Source: Thermoanaerobaculia bacterium (GTDB taxonomy: Bacteria > Acidobacteriota > Thermoanaerobaculia > UBA5066). From it: a DNA stretch of 64,000 nt. The notes below the pieces were generated by a model that made no database searches, had not been told where the DNA came from, and saw only the letters and a program-made list of their open reading frames with translations. Numbering within the stretch: the stretch's first letter is position 1; every line of letters begins with the position of its first letter. Shown here one piece after another: positions 53,410 to 64,000 of this stretch. The position numbers and the translations under genes were made by a program. The stretch lies in the NCBI GenBank assembly GCA_963816185.1, contig CAWFJJ010000024.1:512001-576000 (forward strand), written 5' to 3'.

Positions 53410-54681
53410 TTACTCGCCCTTTTCGGGGCCGTGCTCCTTCTTCGGCACTTGAGCCTGGCCTCCCTGCGGGGCTGCGTCGGGCTGATGACTCTGCGCGTGC
53501 TGGGGAGGGGCCGCTTTCGGGGGTGGCGCCGGGTGCGCGGACGACGTGACCACGGGCCCCTGACCGCGGGGCGGAGGGGCAGTCTGGACTCGAGAAGCGG
53601 ACGCGACGTGCCGCTCGCGCGCGGGCGTGGCCGGCTTGGCGATCACGACCGCCGGGTCTGCCGTCCGGGCGTGCACCTTCTGGGATTTCGCGGGCTCCAC
53701 GCGAACACGAGCCGGTGCGGTCTGCACGTGAGATACGGTCTTCTTCTGCGCAGGCGAAGAAGTGCTCTCATGCGCCCGGATCGTCTTCTCGTGTTGCGCC
53801 GGCTTCTCGGGGGCCACCCGCGCCGTCTTCTGCACCGCCTGGGATCCTTCGTGCTTCACCGTTGCACTGTGCCGCGGCGCGGGCGAGACCTCGTGTGCGA
53901 CCTTCGCGGCCTGCGGCGACGCGATGAACTTTGCTCTCTCAGCGGCCGGCGAGATCACGTTTCCCCGCTGGCCCCGGAGACCGGCGGCGAGCGGCACGGC
54001 CTTCGTGCGCGCGTCTCCGACGCTGACTCTCGCGATCTTCCTCTGCGTGGCGTGCTCCACCTGTACGACGGTCGGTCCGCCGCTCGTCAGCACGCCGCCC
54101 GAGGCGGCGAACCGTGTGATGGGCCGCGTACGAGAGAGGAGTGTGGCGTTCTGGGTTACGGGCACGCGCACCGTCCCCGCGTTCACGCCGACGAACCGGG
54201 TCGCGGGCACGAAGACGTAGGACGAGCGCGAGACGGTCACGGGAGGTCCGAGGTAGCCGGAGGCCCCGACGCTGAACGACGGCGGGACCGGCGCCCATCC
54301 GATGTCGTTGTCGCCGACGTACCACGTCACCCATGCCGGAGCCCAGATGATGCCCGGGATCCAGACCCATCCGTAGGAGTCCGACCGGCTCCACGTGCCG
54401 TAGTGGTACGGGTCGCCACCCCACGGGTCGTACGACACCCAGGTCCAGCCGTCCTCGGTGTAGAGCCACTCCCCGTTCAGATAAGGTTGCCAGTCTCGAT
54501 CGATTCCGCGGGGTCGCCAACAATGACCGTAGCTTTCCACCGTGACCCAGTCACCGTGAGGGCTCAGCTCGTCGTAGAAGAAGGAGATGCTGACGCCTCC
54601 GCTGGCGTCCGCACGGCTCAGTGGCGCCGCGACCGAAACGGCCAGGGCGAGGAGGAGGACGGGACGAAGACATTTTCTCAT
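53410..54681 (-). CDS. DUF6600-like secreted Trp-rich protein with a Pro/Lys-rich tail
   Basis: FYDELSPHGDW, WQPYLNGEW, PYHYGTW, WAPAWV. Confidence 0.85.
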   Translation of the reverse strand: MRKCLRPVLLLALAVSVAAPLSRADASGGVSISFFYDELSPHGDWVTVESYGHCWRPRGIDRDWQPYLNGEWLYTEDGWTWVSYDPWGGDPYHYGTWSRSDSYGWVWIPGIIWAPAWVTWYVGDNDIGWAPVPPSFSVGASGYLGPPVTVSRSSYVFVPATRFVGVNAGTVRVPVTQNATLLSRTRPITRFAASGGVLTSGGPTVVQVEHATQRKIARVSVGDARTKAVPLAAGLRGQRGNVISPAAERAKFIASPQAAKVAHEVSPAPRHSATVKHEGSQAVQKTARVAPEKPAQHEKTIRAHESTSSPAQKKTVSHVQTAPARVRVEPAKSQKVHARTADPAVVIAKPATPARERHVASASRVQTAPPPRGQGPVVTSSAHPAPPPKAAPPQHAQSHQPDAAPQGGQAQVPKKEHGPEKGE

Positions 54682-54717
54682 CTATCGATCTCTCCTTGGA
54701 GATCCAAACCAGGGAGA

Positions 54718-54769
54718 AGCAAACCGCGCGCCGGTGCTCGAGGGGGAATTCGCTGGCTCCGCGTTTGCT
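54718..54769. promoter_or_regulatory. Back-to-back divergent sigma54-type promoters
   Basis: Minus CGGCGCGCGGTTTGCT (54733-54718); plus TGGCTCCGCGTTTGCT (54754-54769). Confidence 0.65.
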
Positions 54770-54801
54770 GCTCTTTCGACGAGAAGGAGCCAGCAGGCGC
54801 C

Positions 54802-56377
54802 ATGCGCCGGATCGCGCTTTACCTCATTGCCGTCCTGTGCGTGCTCGCCACCCCGCGTGCGGGGGCGGAGGAGGTGGCTCCCGGCACTCCCATCGTGGCG
54901 GTGCTGATCGACCGGCACGACGTCTACGATCTCGGCGACCCGTCCACCTCGTCGTGGCCCTATCGATGGGTCGACGCCCTGCACATCCTCACCCGCGAGA
55001 ACTTCATTCGCTCCCTGCTGCTCTTCCAGGTCGGCGACCGGCTCGACCCTCTGCAGCTGGCCGAGAGCGAGCTCATTCTGCGAGGCACGGGCTTCCTCAA
55101 CCCAGTGAACATCTCGGCGCACGCAGCCCCCGGCGGGGCCGAGGTGGTGGTCGAGACCCACGACCAGTGGACGACCGGCGTCAACGTCAGGTTCGGCATG
55201 TCCGGGGATCGCCGTACGGTCGGCTTCGGTCTCTCGGAAGACAACGTCCTGGGGCTCGGCAAGAGCCTCCTTTTCGACGTCACGTCGGACCCCGAACGGA
55301 CCTCCACGACGTTCCGGTACAGGGACATCACGTTCTTCGGCAGCCGCTGGCAGCTCGAGGTGGAGCACCAGTCGTCCTCCGACGGGTCGACGGATCACCT
55401 GCGGGTCGAATACCCGTTCTTCTCCCTGACGACGCCGCGGGCGGGGGCTGTCGACTGGAGCCGCGACGAGTCCCTGAAGTACCTCTGGTCGGAAGGGGTG
55501 CGGCGTGTCACGGGCGAGGCGAACACGCGAGACTGGGAGGTCTGGGGCGGGCTCCGGCTGCTTGGCAGCGGCATTCGCACCGACCGCCTCCTCGCGGGAG
55601 CGTTCGGCGAGCACGCCACGTTCAGCGACTGGCACAGCCTCACCGGTCCCTCGTATCCGCAGCCGCAGGATCGCAACCTGGTGGGTCCGGAAGTAGGTTG
55701 GGACCACCGGACGTTCCGCTGGAAGCTCGTGCAAGGGTTCCGGGCGTGGCTTCGACAGGAGGACCTGCCGCTCGGGCCCAACTGGACGGTCGTGACCGGG
55801 CTCTCGCTGCCGTTCTTCGGCGGCGACGGCGTGCGGCTTCGGTACCACGTGAGCATTCGAGTCGGGCGAGTTCGCGGGGCGGACCTACACCTGGCAGCGC
55901 GCGGACCTCTCGGGCCGATTCGAGGGCCGCAGCCTGGGCAACGTCGTCACTCATCTCGAGGTCGGGGGCGCCATCACGGGGTCAGCGGGCCTGCGGGTGC
56001 GAGTCGCCGCCGACCTCGGCCACAACCTCGACGGGGAGAGGCAGCTCACCCTCGGAGCCGACACCGGTCTGCGCGGCTACGATCCCAACACCTTCGACGG
56101 GACTTCCCGGGTGGTGACCAACCTGGAGTGGCGCCGTCGCATCACGGGCGAGCTCTTGCACGTGGCGGCGCTGGGCCTCACGGGGTTTGCCGACGCCGGA
56201 AAGACATGGGGAGCGCGAGTCGGGCCGTCCACGGAAGGGTGGCGCGGCGACGTCGGCGCGGGCGTCCTCGTAGAGCTCACCCGCGCGTCCCTCGTGCGCA
56301 TCGTCCGCTTCGAGGTGGCAGTTCCCGATCGCGGCGGAAAGCCCGTCTACCTCGTCACGACCGATTCTCTGTTCTGA
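54802..56377 (+). pseudogene. Omp85/BamA-TamA-like outer-membrane protein, frameshifted near 55850
   Basis: Signal peptide, POTRA-like TRENFIRSLLLF, NVLGLG; C-terminal frame has LRGY, FADAG and a terminal F; one extra base near 55850. Confidence 0.75.
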
Positions 56378-56384
56378 ACGGCGG

Positions 56385-57902
56385 CTATTCGAGCGTTTGT
56401 TGGAGCCGCTCCGGCTCCAGCATGATCTCCGTCATCTTGAAGAAATGGTGCCCCTTCACCGCCATCGTCACGGTCTCGGCCAGCATCCGGGGCCTGGCCA
56501 GCAGCCCCTTCACGAGGAACTTCCAGTAGGCCCCGGAATAGGACGAGAACGTCTGCCGAACGAGGGAGAAGAGAAGAGCCCTCACCTCGGTGGTGGTGAT
56601 CCTCCGGGCCGACGTCCGGTGGCGCTTCACGGACTTCAGCAAATCGAGGCAGCGAGCGAAGTACCGACCCGGGTCGTAGATCTCGGAGAGGACTCGCTTG
56701 TAGCCTTCGAGCAGCTCCCTCACGTCCATCCGGGGGACGAAGTTGAGCCTCAGGTCGTGCGTGTTGTTTCCGCCGCCGGACTCTCCCGCGAGGCGTCCTT
56801 CCTCCTGAAGACGCCGGTGCAGCCGGGTGCCCGGAAGCGCAGTCAGGAGGCTCACCATGGCCGACGGGATGCCGGACTCCTGGATGAAGCGGATCTGGCG
56901 ATCGAAGATGTCGCGGGGATCCGTGTCGAAGCCGAGGATGAAGCCCGCCGAGACCTCCATCCCCTTCCGCTGGATCGTCCGAACGCCGGCCAGCATGTCC
57001 GATCTCAGGTTCTGCCTCTTTCCAGCGGACTCGAGCGTGGCGCGGTCCGGGGTCTCCAGCCCCAGGAAGACCATGTTGAAGCCGGCGGAGACCATCTGGT
57101 CCATCAGCTCGCCGTCCTCCGCGAGGCCGAGCGTCGCCTCGGTGAAGAGGCCGAAGGGATAGCCCCTCTCCCGCTGCCACGACGCCACGCGCGGCAGGAG
57201 CGCCTTGACCTCTCTCACGTTGCCGATGAAGTTGTCGTCGACAACGAAGACCGACCCTCGCCACCCCGCGTCGTAGAGGAGCGTCAGCTCCTTCAGGAGC
57301 TGGTCGGCGCCTTTCGTGCGGGGCCGGCGTCCAAAGAGCTCGACGATGTCGCAGAACTCGCAGGAGTGTGGACAGCCCCGGGAGTACTGGACGGCCATCG
57401 TCGAGTACTTCCGCTGCTTGACGAGGTCGAATCGCGGCGGGGGCGTGAGAGTGATGTCGGGGCGAGCGGTGTCATCGTAGACGCGGCCGGCCCGGCCCTC
57501 GGCGAAGTCGGCGAGAAAGCGCGGGAGCGTGACCTCCGCCTCGTTCAGGACGAAGTGGTCGACGCCCTGGATCTGCTCGTGGCAGCTCGACGGGTACGGC
57601 CCACCCGCCACGACCGGCGTTCCCAGTTCGTTGCAGAGCCGGACGACTCTCTCGTGCGACTCCCTCTGGACGATCATCGACGACGTGAAGACGACGTCCG
57701 CGCGGGAGACGGCCGACGCACGAAGCCGCTCCACATTCATGTCCACGAGATTCACCTCCCAGTCCGCGGGGAGGAGGGAGGCGACAGTGAGAAGGCCGAG
57801 CGGCGGGATGGAAGCCTTCTTGCCGATGAACGGGAGCGCATACGTCATGCTCCAGTACGTCGGCGGAAGCTCGGGATACACCAGCAAGGCCCTGACGGAC
57901 AA
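56385..57902 (-). CDS. B12-binding radical SAM protein (DUF4070-type)
   Basis: PPLGLLTVA, SRGCPHSCEFC, VVDDNFIGN, GFILGFD; start uncertain. Confidence 0.92.
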   Translation of the reverse strand: MSVRALLVYPELPPTYWSMTYALPFIGKKASIPPLGLLTVASLLPADWEVNLVDMNVERLRASAVSRADVVFTSSMIVQRESHERVVRLCNELGTPVVAGGPYPSSCHEQIQGVDHFVLNEAEVTLPRFLADFAEGRAGRVYDDTARPDITLTPPPRFDLVKQRKYSTMAVQYSRGCPHSCEFCDIVELFGRRPRTKGADQLLKELTLLYDAGWRGSVFVVDDNFIGNVREVKALLPRVASWQRERGYPFGLFTEATLGLAEDGELMDQMVSAGFNMVFLGLETPDRATLESAGKRQNLRSDMLAGVRTIQRKGMEVSAGFILGFDTDPRDIFDRQIRFIQESGIPSAMVSLLTALPGTRLHRRLQEEGRLAGESGGGNNTHDLRLNFVPRMDVRELLEGYKRVLSEIYDPGRYFARCLDLLKSVKRHRTSARRITTTEVRALLFSLVRQTFSSYSGAYWKFLVKGLLARPRMLAETVTMAVKGHHFFKMTEIMLEPERLQQTLE

Positions 57903-58007
57903 CGGACCTACTCCCCTCGTGCCCCGCGGCGATTCGTCTTGCCGTGGATTTCCCGCTCGTTCATGGCGCCTCCTCAATCTTAGACCCCCGAGAGTCCGGC
58001 CGTGCTA

Positions 58008-58023
58008 CGCAGGTGGTATGCCA
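58008..58023 (-). promoter_or_regulatory. Sigma54-type promoter
   Basis: TGGCATACCACCTGCG. Confidence 0.55.
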
Positions 58024-58088
58024 TGCGGAGCGCGAGAGAGAGAGCCGAAACGTTGGTGCTAGCATCGTTTTAGTGAAGAGAGAAGGCG

Positions 58089-59129
58089 GTGGAGCCGCCT
58101 CGCATTCAGCGGATCGGAGGCGACTTGAGCTCCGGAGCGGTCTTCGTCACGGGCGGCACCGGCTTCGTCGGTGGCAGGCTCGTGGCGGCCCTCCTGGCTC
58201 GGGGGCGATCCGTTCGGGGTTTGGCACGTCCGACGAGCGAACGACCCCCCGCTGCCGAGCGGCTCGAGTGGGTGACCGGTGACATCCTCGACCGCGATTC
58301 GCTCCGGCGCGGGTTGGCCGGGTGTACCGAGGTGTTTCACCTGGCCGCGTACGCCAAGAACTGGGCGAAGGACCCGTTGTTGTTCTTCCGGCTCAACGTA
58401 GAGGGTGCCCGGAACGTCTTCGAGGTGGCGGCGGAGGCCGGCGTCCGGCGCATCGTCTACACGTCGACGGTGGTGGTCTTCGGGCCGACGCCTCGGGGAG
58501 TCGTGGGGAACGAGGAGATGCCGAGGGCGACTCTCCGCTTCTTCACGGAGTACGAGGAGAGCAAATATGTCGCCGAGAAGCAGGCCCTCGAGCTGACCTC
58601 GCGGGGCTTCCCGATCGTGGCGGTCCACCCGACGCGCGTTTACGGGCCGGGGAAGCTGACGGAAGGCAACTCGGTCTCCCAGATGATCGACTTGTACGAC
58701 CGGGGGAGGTTCCCCGTCGTGCCCGGCCGGGGCGAGAGCGTCGGGAACTATGCATTCGTGGACGACCTCATCGAGGGGCACGTCCTGGCGATGGAGAAGG
58801 GGCGGGTGGGGGAGCGGTACATCCTCGGCGGCGAGAACTCTTCGCTGAGGGGCCTCTTCCACCTCGTGGACGAGTTGACCCAAAAGAAACATGCCCAAAT
58901 CGGCCTGCCTCGCTCGGTCTCGATGTCCTACGCCGCCCTCGAGAAGCGCAAGGCCGAGTGGCTCGGTGTCTACCCCCGAATCACGCCCGGGTGGGTGGAG
59001 ACGTTTCTCGAGGATTGGGCCTACACCAGCGCGAAGGCCGAGCGCGAGCTCGGCTACCGCATCACTCCCCTCAAGGAGGGCGTTCGCCGGACCCTCGACT
59101 GGCTGCACCAGCGGAGAGGCTCTCGATGA
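58089..59129 (+). CDS. NAD-dependent epimerase/dehydratase (HpnA/dihydroflavonol-reductase-like)
   Basis: VTGGTGFVG, HLAA, YEESK, PTRVYGPG. Confidence 0.9.
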   Translation: MEPPRIQRIGGDLSSGAVFVTGGTGFVGGRLVAALLARGRSVRGLARPTSERPPAAERLEWVTGDILDRDSLRRGLAGCTEVFHLAAYAKNWAKDPLLFFRLNVEGARNVFEVAAEAGVRRIVYTSTVVVFGPTPRGVVGNEEMPRATLRFFTEYEESKYVAEKQALELTSRGFPIVAVHPTRVYGPGKLTEGNSVSQMIDLYDRGRFPVVPGRGESVGNYAFVDDLIEGHVLAMEKGRVGERYILGGENSSLRGLFHLVDELTQKKHAQIGLPRSVSMSYAALEKRKAEWLGVYPRITPGWVETFLEDWAYTSAKAERELGYRITPLKEGVRRTLDWLHQRRGSR

Positions 59130-59848
59130 TTTCGCGCCAGCCGCCGCCCTCGACCGGAGGCCTCATCCGTTCCGCCGACCGCAGGGCGACGATCGTACTC
59201 ATCAGCGCGCCGGTGCTCGGGATCCTCTTCGTGTACCTCGGAAGCAAGCCGTTCTACTTCCAGCATCTGGCGTCGTCGTTCGTCCTCGGGGGAAACAAGG
59301 AGCTGACCGCCGGGCTTTTTACCTTTGCGTCGGCGTTCACCCTCCTGGGCCTGGTCCCGGCCCTGATCGTGAAGTTCGTGTTTCGGGAGCCGCTCTCGGC
59401 CTACGGGGTGCGGGCGGGCGACCTGTCCTTCGGCGCGAAGGCCTTCGCCGTCGTCGCACCGGTCATGGTGCTCCTCAGCTTCTCGGCTTCGAGGACACCG
59501 GAGTTCCTCGCCCAGTACCCGCTGAACCGGGCCGCGGGCGACAGTCCGCTCTCCTTCGCGGGCCATGCGATCGCCTACCTCTTCTTCTACGCGGGCTGGG
59601 AGTTTGGCTTCCGGGGATTCGTGCAGTGCGGATTGCGCGACGAGCTGGGGGACTGGAACGCCATCCTCGTCCAGACGCTCGCCTCGTCCATCCTCCACAT
59701 TGGCAAACCCCTCGGGGAGACGCTCGGCGCGGTCCTGGGCGGGCTCGTGTGGGGCGTCATCGCCTTCCGCTCGCGCTCGCTGCTCGTCCCTCTTCTGACC
59801 CACTGGGTGCTGGGCGTCTCTCTCGACCTCTTCATCGTCTGTCGGTAG
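59126..59848 (+). CDS. CPBP-family intramembrane metalloprotease
   Basis: WEFGFRG, LHIGKP, H in PLLTHW; multi-TM. Confidence 0.85.
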   Translation: MISRQPPPSTGGLIRSADRRATIVLISAPVLGILFVYLGSKPFYFQHLASSFVLGGNKELTAGLFTFASAFTLLGLVPALIVKFVFREPLSAYGVRAGDLSFGAKAFAVVAPVMVLLSFSASRTPEFLAQYPLNRAAGDSPLSFAGHAIAYLFFYAGWEFGFRGFVQCGLRDELGDWNAILVQTLASSILHIGKPLGETLGAVLGGLVWGVIAFRSRSLLVPLLTHWVLGVSLDLFIVCR

Positions 59849-59858
59849 CGGTGCCTCG

Positions 59859-60770
59859 ATGACCGAGAGGCGGGCGAAAGACGACACGGCGCGACTGGTC
59901 TTCGGGCGGCTGGAGCTGCGGACGGCCGACGCCGTCATCCTCGCTTCGCTCGCGGCGTTCAGCCTCCTGGCGGTGGGCGGGAGGGCGGCCGTCGAAGGCT
60001 GGCCTCTTCTGGTCGCCCGGAACGCCTGTGTCTGCGCGGCCGTCCTGATCTCGGCGGCCGTCACGCCGCGGATCCGGCGTCCCGCCCTTGCGTTCTTCCT
60101 CCGCACGGCCACGGTCACGCTCTCGTACGCCTACCTGTTCAGTGCCGTCGCTGGACTTCAGCTGATCCTCCACGGACGCTTCAGGGACGACCTCGTTCTC
60201 GCTTTCGAAGCGCGGCTCTTCGGCGTCCAGCCCACCTTGTGGATGGAGCGATTCATCGCGCCCTCTCTCACCGAGTGGATGATGTTCTGCTACGTGATCT
60301 ACGTACCGCTCTACCCGGTCCTGTGTGCAATCCTCTGGGTGAAGCGGGGATGGGCGGCTGCGGAGGAGTCGTTCTTCACGCTGGGCCTCGTGAACGTCCT
60401 GTGCGACGCCGGCTTCATCCTCTTCCCCGTTGCCGGCCCGATGTACTGGATGCCGGACCAGTACCGCGTGCCGCTTCACGGATGGGTTTTCACCTGGGCG
60501 GGGGAGCTCATCCGGACACGAGCTCATTTCGTGGGCGGCTCTCTCCCGAGCCCTCATGCCGCCGCCGCAACGGTCATGTGGTTCATGGCCTGGAAGCATT
60601 ACCGTCCGGCGTTCTGGGTCCTCGCGCCGGTGATCCTCTCCCTCTATGTCTCCACGTTTTACGGCCGGTACCACTACGTGTCGGACACGATCCTCGGCAT
60701 CGCGACGGCCGGGCTGGCGTTGATCGTCGCGCCGCCGCTCCAGCGGGCGTGGGACCGGCTCGCTGGCTGA
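59859..60770 (+). CDS. PAP2-superfamily membrane protein (AUR1/IPC-synthase-like)
   Basis: FPVAGP, LPSPHAA, RYHYVSD. Confidence 0.85.
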   Translation: MTERRAKDDTARLVFGRLELRTADAVILASLAAFSLLAVGGRAAVEGWPLLVARNACVCAAVLISAAVTPRIRRPALAFFLRTATVTLSYAYLFSAVAGLQLILHGRFRDDLVLAFEARLFGVQPTLWMERFIAPSLTEWMMFCYVIYVPLYPVLCAILWVKRGWAAAEESFFTLGLVNVLCDAGFILFPVAGPMYWMPDQYRVPLHGWVFTWAGELIRTRAHFVGGSLPSPHAAAATVMWFMAWKHYRPAFWVLAPVILSLYVSTFYGRYHYVSDTILGIATAGLALIVAPPLQRAWDRLAG

Positions 60771-60780
60771 GCAGATACAC

Positions 60781-63326
60781 CTAGAGCAGTGCGTGGCGGC
60801 GGTAGAACCACGTTTTCACGGCCTGCACCAGCAGGAGGTACGTCAGAGCGAGGCCCGCGATTGCGGCGAGCAACGTGACGGGTAGCGGAACGAAACGCAG
60901 CAGGCTCCCGAGCGGCGTGTAGGGCAGCACCGCAGCGATCGCGACGACGGCCAGCACGCTGATCAGGAGGGACCGGCTGGGACGGCTCTTGAGCGGGTTG
61001 CCCGCCGTCCGGATCACGAACACGACTAGCGTCTGCGTGGCCAGGGATTCCACGAACCAGCCGGTGTGGAACAGCGGGGCGTTGGTGGACGCGTGAAACA
61101 CCCAGAGCAGGATCCCGAACGTGAGGAAGTCGTAGATCGAGCTGATCGGGCCGATGATCGTCATGAAGCGGAGGATGAAGCCGATCTGCCATCGCTTGGG
61201 CCGGCGCAGCAGGGCGGAATCGACGTTGTCGCCGGGAATGCTGATCTGCGAGCTGTCGTAGAGAAAGTTGTTCAGAAGGATCTGGGTCGGCAGCATCGGC
61301 AGGAAGGGGAGGAAGAGCGAGGCCGCGGCCATGCTGAACATGTTTCCGAAGTTCGAGCTCGTCCCCATGATGATGTACTTCATGATGTTGGCGAAGCAGC
61401 GGCGCCCCTCGACGACTCCGTCGTTCAGCACTCCGAGGTCCTTCTCCAGGAGGATGATCTTGGCCGCGTCCTTCGCCACCTCCACGCCATTCATCACCGA
61501 AATGCCGACATCCGCGGTGTGCAGCGACGGAGCGTCGTTGATGCCGTCACCCATGTACCCGACGACGTGTCCCCGGGCCTTGAGAGCCAGGATGACCCGG
61601 TTCTTCTGCTCCGGAGACACGCGCGCGAAGATGGCGGCGTTCTCGGCCTGGTAGGCAAGGGCGGCGTCGTCCATGGTGTCGACGTCGCCCCCGGTGACGA
61701 CGTGGTCGGCCGCCAGTCCGACGTCGTGCGCGACCTTCCGGGTGACGTACTCGTTGTCGCCGGTCATGACGACCACCGAGACGCCGTTCTGTTTCAGCGC
61801 CTCGAGCACCGGGAGGATTCCCTCCTTGGGCGGGTCCAGGAAGGCCGCGAACCCGACCAGCGTCATGCCGCGTTCGGCCGCGATCGTGTAGGCATCCTGC
61901 TTGTCCACCTTCAGCACGGCGACCCCGAGCGTGCGATAACCGTCGGCGCTCAGCTTCTGGAAGGTTGCGGCTGCCTGGGCCCGCCGGCCCTCGTCGAACG
62001 GCTGGGGCGAGCCTTCGACGTTCACGGTCTGGCAGACGGAAAAGACGCTCTCGACATCGCCCTTCGTGATGAGGAGGTGCGCATCCCCGTGCCGCACCAC
62101 CACCGAGAGGCGCTTGCGCGTGAAATCGAACGGGATTTCGTCCACCTTCTCGTACTCCGCGATGGGCGGCGGCTCGTGTTTGAGGACCGCGTCGTCCAGC
62201 GGGCTCTTGATGCCGGCCTCGAAGTGGCTGTTCAGGTAGATGAGCTGGAGGACGCTCTCGTCGTCCACGCCCTGGACGTTGACGTGGCGGTCGAGCACGA
62301 TCTCGCCTTCCGTGAGCGTGCCCGTCTTGTCGCTGCAGAGGATCTCGATGCTGCCGAAGTCCTCGATGGCCGCGAGCTGCTTGACGAGAACCTTCTTCTT
62401 GGTCATCCGCCGCGCACCCCGCGCCAGCGTGACCGTGATGATCATCGGCATCATCTCCGGCGTCATCCCGACGGCCAGCGCGACGGAGAAGAGGAACGAC
62501 TCCATGCAGGGGTCGATGAAGCACGATGTTGACCAGCAGGACGAAGAGGACGAGGAGGATGATGACCCGCGTGATCATCAGACCGAAGTGGCGTATGCCG
62601 CGGCCGAACTCGGTCTCCGGCGGCCGCGCGGCCAGGCGCTCGGCGATCGCGCCGAAAGCGGTATCTCTCCCCGTGCACACGATGACCGCACTGGCCATTC
62701 CGGTCTGAACGGCGGTGCCCAAAAAGACGCTGTTGATCGCGTCGCCGATCGGGTGCTTTCCCGCCGGGAGATCCTTCGCGGATTTCTCGACGGGCACGGA
62801 CTCGCCGGTGAGCGCGGACTCGCGCACATGCAGGTCCTTCGCGTCCAGCAAGCGGGCGTCGGCCGGCACCAGGTCTCCGGCGTTCAGCCGGACGACGTCG
62901 CCGGGAACCAGCTCGGCGATCGGCAGGTCGCTGCTCCCGTCCATCGCGCAGAACGGCGGCCATCGTCGCGACCTGCTTCTGAATCTCCTCCACCGCATGG
63001 CGCGCCTGGAACTCCATGAAGAAGTTCAGCAGGACGCTGAGCAAGACCATCGCGATGATGATCAGTCCGCCCACCCGGTCTCCCAGCGAGAGAGAAACCG
63101 TGCTCGCGACCAGAAGGATGATGACGAGCGGGTTGGCGAAGAAGCGAAGAAAGCCGAGGAGCGCGGCGAAGCGCTGCTTGCGGACGAAGCTGTTCGGGCC
63201 GTGGAGACGAAGCCGCCGCTTCGCCTCGTCGGACGTCAGGCCGGCCGGAGTGGTCCGCAGCAGTCCGAGCAACTCCGCCTGCGGCCGGTCCCAGAAGCCC
63301 AGCAGAGGCGTCTCGCGTGGTTCCAT
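60781..63326 (-). pseudogene. mgtA: Mg2+-translocating P-type ATPase split by two +1 frameshifts
   Basis: LTGES, AVGMTPEMMP, DKTGTLT, TGD, GDGINDAP, SSNFGN across three frames; shifts near 62930 and 62507. Confidence 0.88.
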
Positions 63327-63443
63327 GCGCCTTTCGAACCGTCGCGGCTGAATTTATCAGAGTCCTGGCCGATCCCTCCTACACGTCGGCGTTAGCGACC
63401 GCGAAGCCCGCGGCCGCCGCGAGCCCGCCAATCGGCGGTGCCG

Positions 63444-63725
63444 TCACCACCTCCGCCGGGAAAAGAGGTGAATGATCGCCACGAAAAGGGCGGCGCCGAT
63501 GATGGACCACAGGACCGGGAACGGATGCCCGCCGATCGTGACCATCAGAGGCTCCGGGAGCTTGAGGTGCCGGGCGACCCAGGGCCCGAGAAGCGCCCCG
63601 ATGAAGCCCAGGACGGTCGAGACGATCAGCCCGCCACGGGCGCTACCCGCGATGGCCTTCCCGATGGCGCCGCACACAGCCGCGATCACGATGAGAAGCA
63701 GGAGTGCCGGCAGGGATATTGTCAT
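63444..63725 (-). CDS. GlsB/YeaQ/YmgE-family stress membrane protein
   Basis: GFIGALLG..., WSIIGAALFV. Confidence 0.85.
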   Translation of the reverse strand: MTISLPALLLLIVIAAVCGAIGKAIAGSARGGLIVSTVLGFIGALLGPWVARHLKLPEPLMVTIGGHPFPVLWSIIGAALFVAIIHLFSRRRW

Positions 63726-63744
63726 AGGCAAGTTCCTTTCAGGC

Positions 63745-63999
63745 TCAGGCGTGTAACTTCTCGGCCGCTTCCGCCTCGGCCTTGGTCTTGTGCACCGTTC
63801 TGTCCGCGTGGTTCGGTGGAGAGTAGATCGTGTAGAGCTTCAAAGGTGCCGTCTTCGATGCGTTGACGACGTTGTGATAGGTCCCTGCCGGCACAATGAC
63901 TCCGTCGCCGTCGCGCACCAGGCGTTCCTCCTTCTCGTCGAAAACGAACCTGGCTTCGCCACGCTCGATGCGGAAGAACTGATCGACGTCGGGGTGAAC
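63745..63999 (-). CDS. Cupin domain protein, C-terminal part, truncated by the window edge
   Basis: VHPDVDQFFRIERG...VPAGTYHNVVN...LYTIYSPPNH. Confidence 0.88.
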   Translation of the reverse strand, partial: VHPDVDQFFRIERGEARFVFDEKEERLVRDGDGVIVPAGTYHNVVNASKTAPLKLYTIYSPPNHADRTVHKTKAEAEAAEKLHA

Positions 64000-64000
64000 C

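Noticed and set aside
63327-63443. Possible Mg2+ riboswitch or leader peptide upstream of mgtA
   Set aside because: No M-box consensus or Pro-rich leader ORF recognisable

Overview
High-GC bacterial chromosomal window (about 68-70% GC by eye). Gene content suggests Acidobacteriota, possibly Thermoanaerobaculia-like; this is inference. In order: 3' part of an alpha-glucan phosphorylase; two lower-GC ORFs separated by decayed attC-like sites; an IS630 element; a nuoA-E-F-G-H-J-K-L-M-N-rex operon lacking nuoB/C/D/I, with a Rex operator; GT2; sugar ABC transporter; MscS; a deacetylase-acyltransferase-FabG-ACP-FabZ-like cluster; tRNA-Leu(CAG) followed by a small island with a multi-PAS hybrid kinase; rnr-der-merR; tRNA-Pro(GGG) with two small accessory ORFs; glgP; acyl-CoA dehydrogenase; a 2756-aa cyclic beta-1,2-glucan synthase; a sortase with its LPKTA substrate; and a stress/envelope region with sigma54-type promoters and frameshifted Omp85-like and mgtA genes. 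The most unusual signal is an AT-rich quasi-palindrome, TTCT(T/A)AGAA (consensus GATTTCTTAGAARG). It has 7 exact copies plus variants, clustered in purine-rich, AT-shifted patches and often in inverted pairs. It is written into housekeeping coding sequences (NuoG, FabD-like, RNase R) both as in-frame insertions and apparently by substitution.
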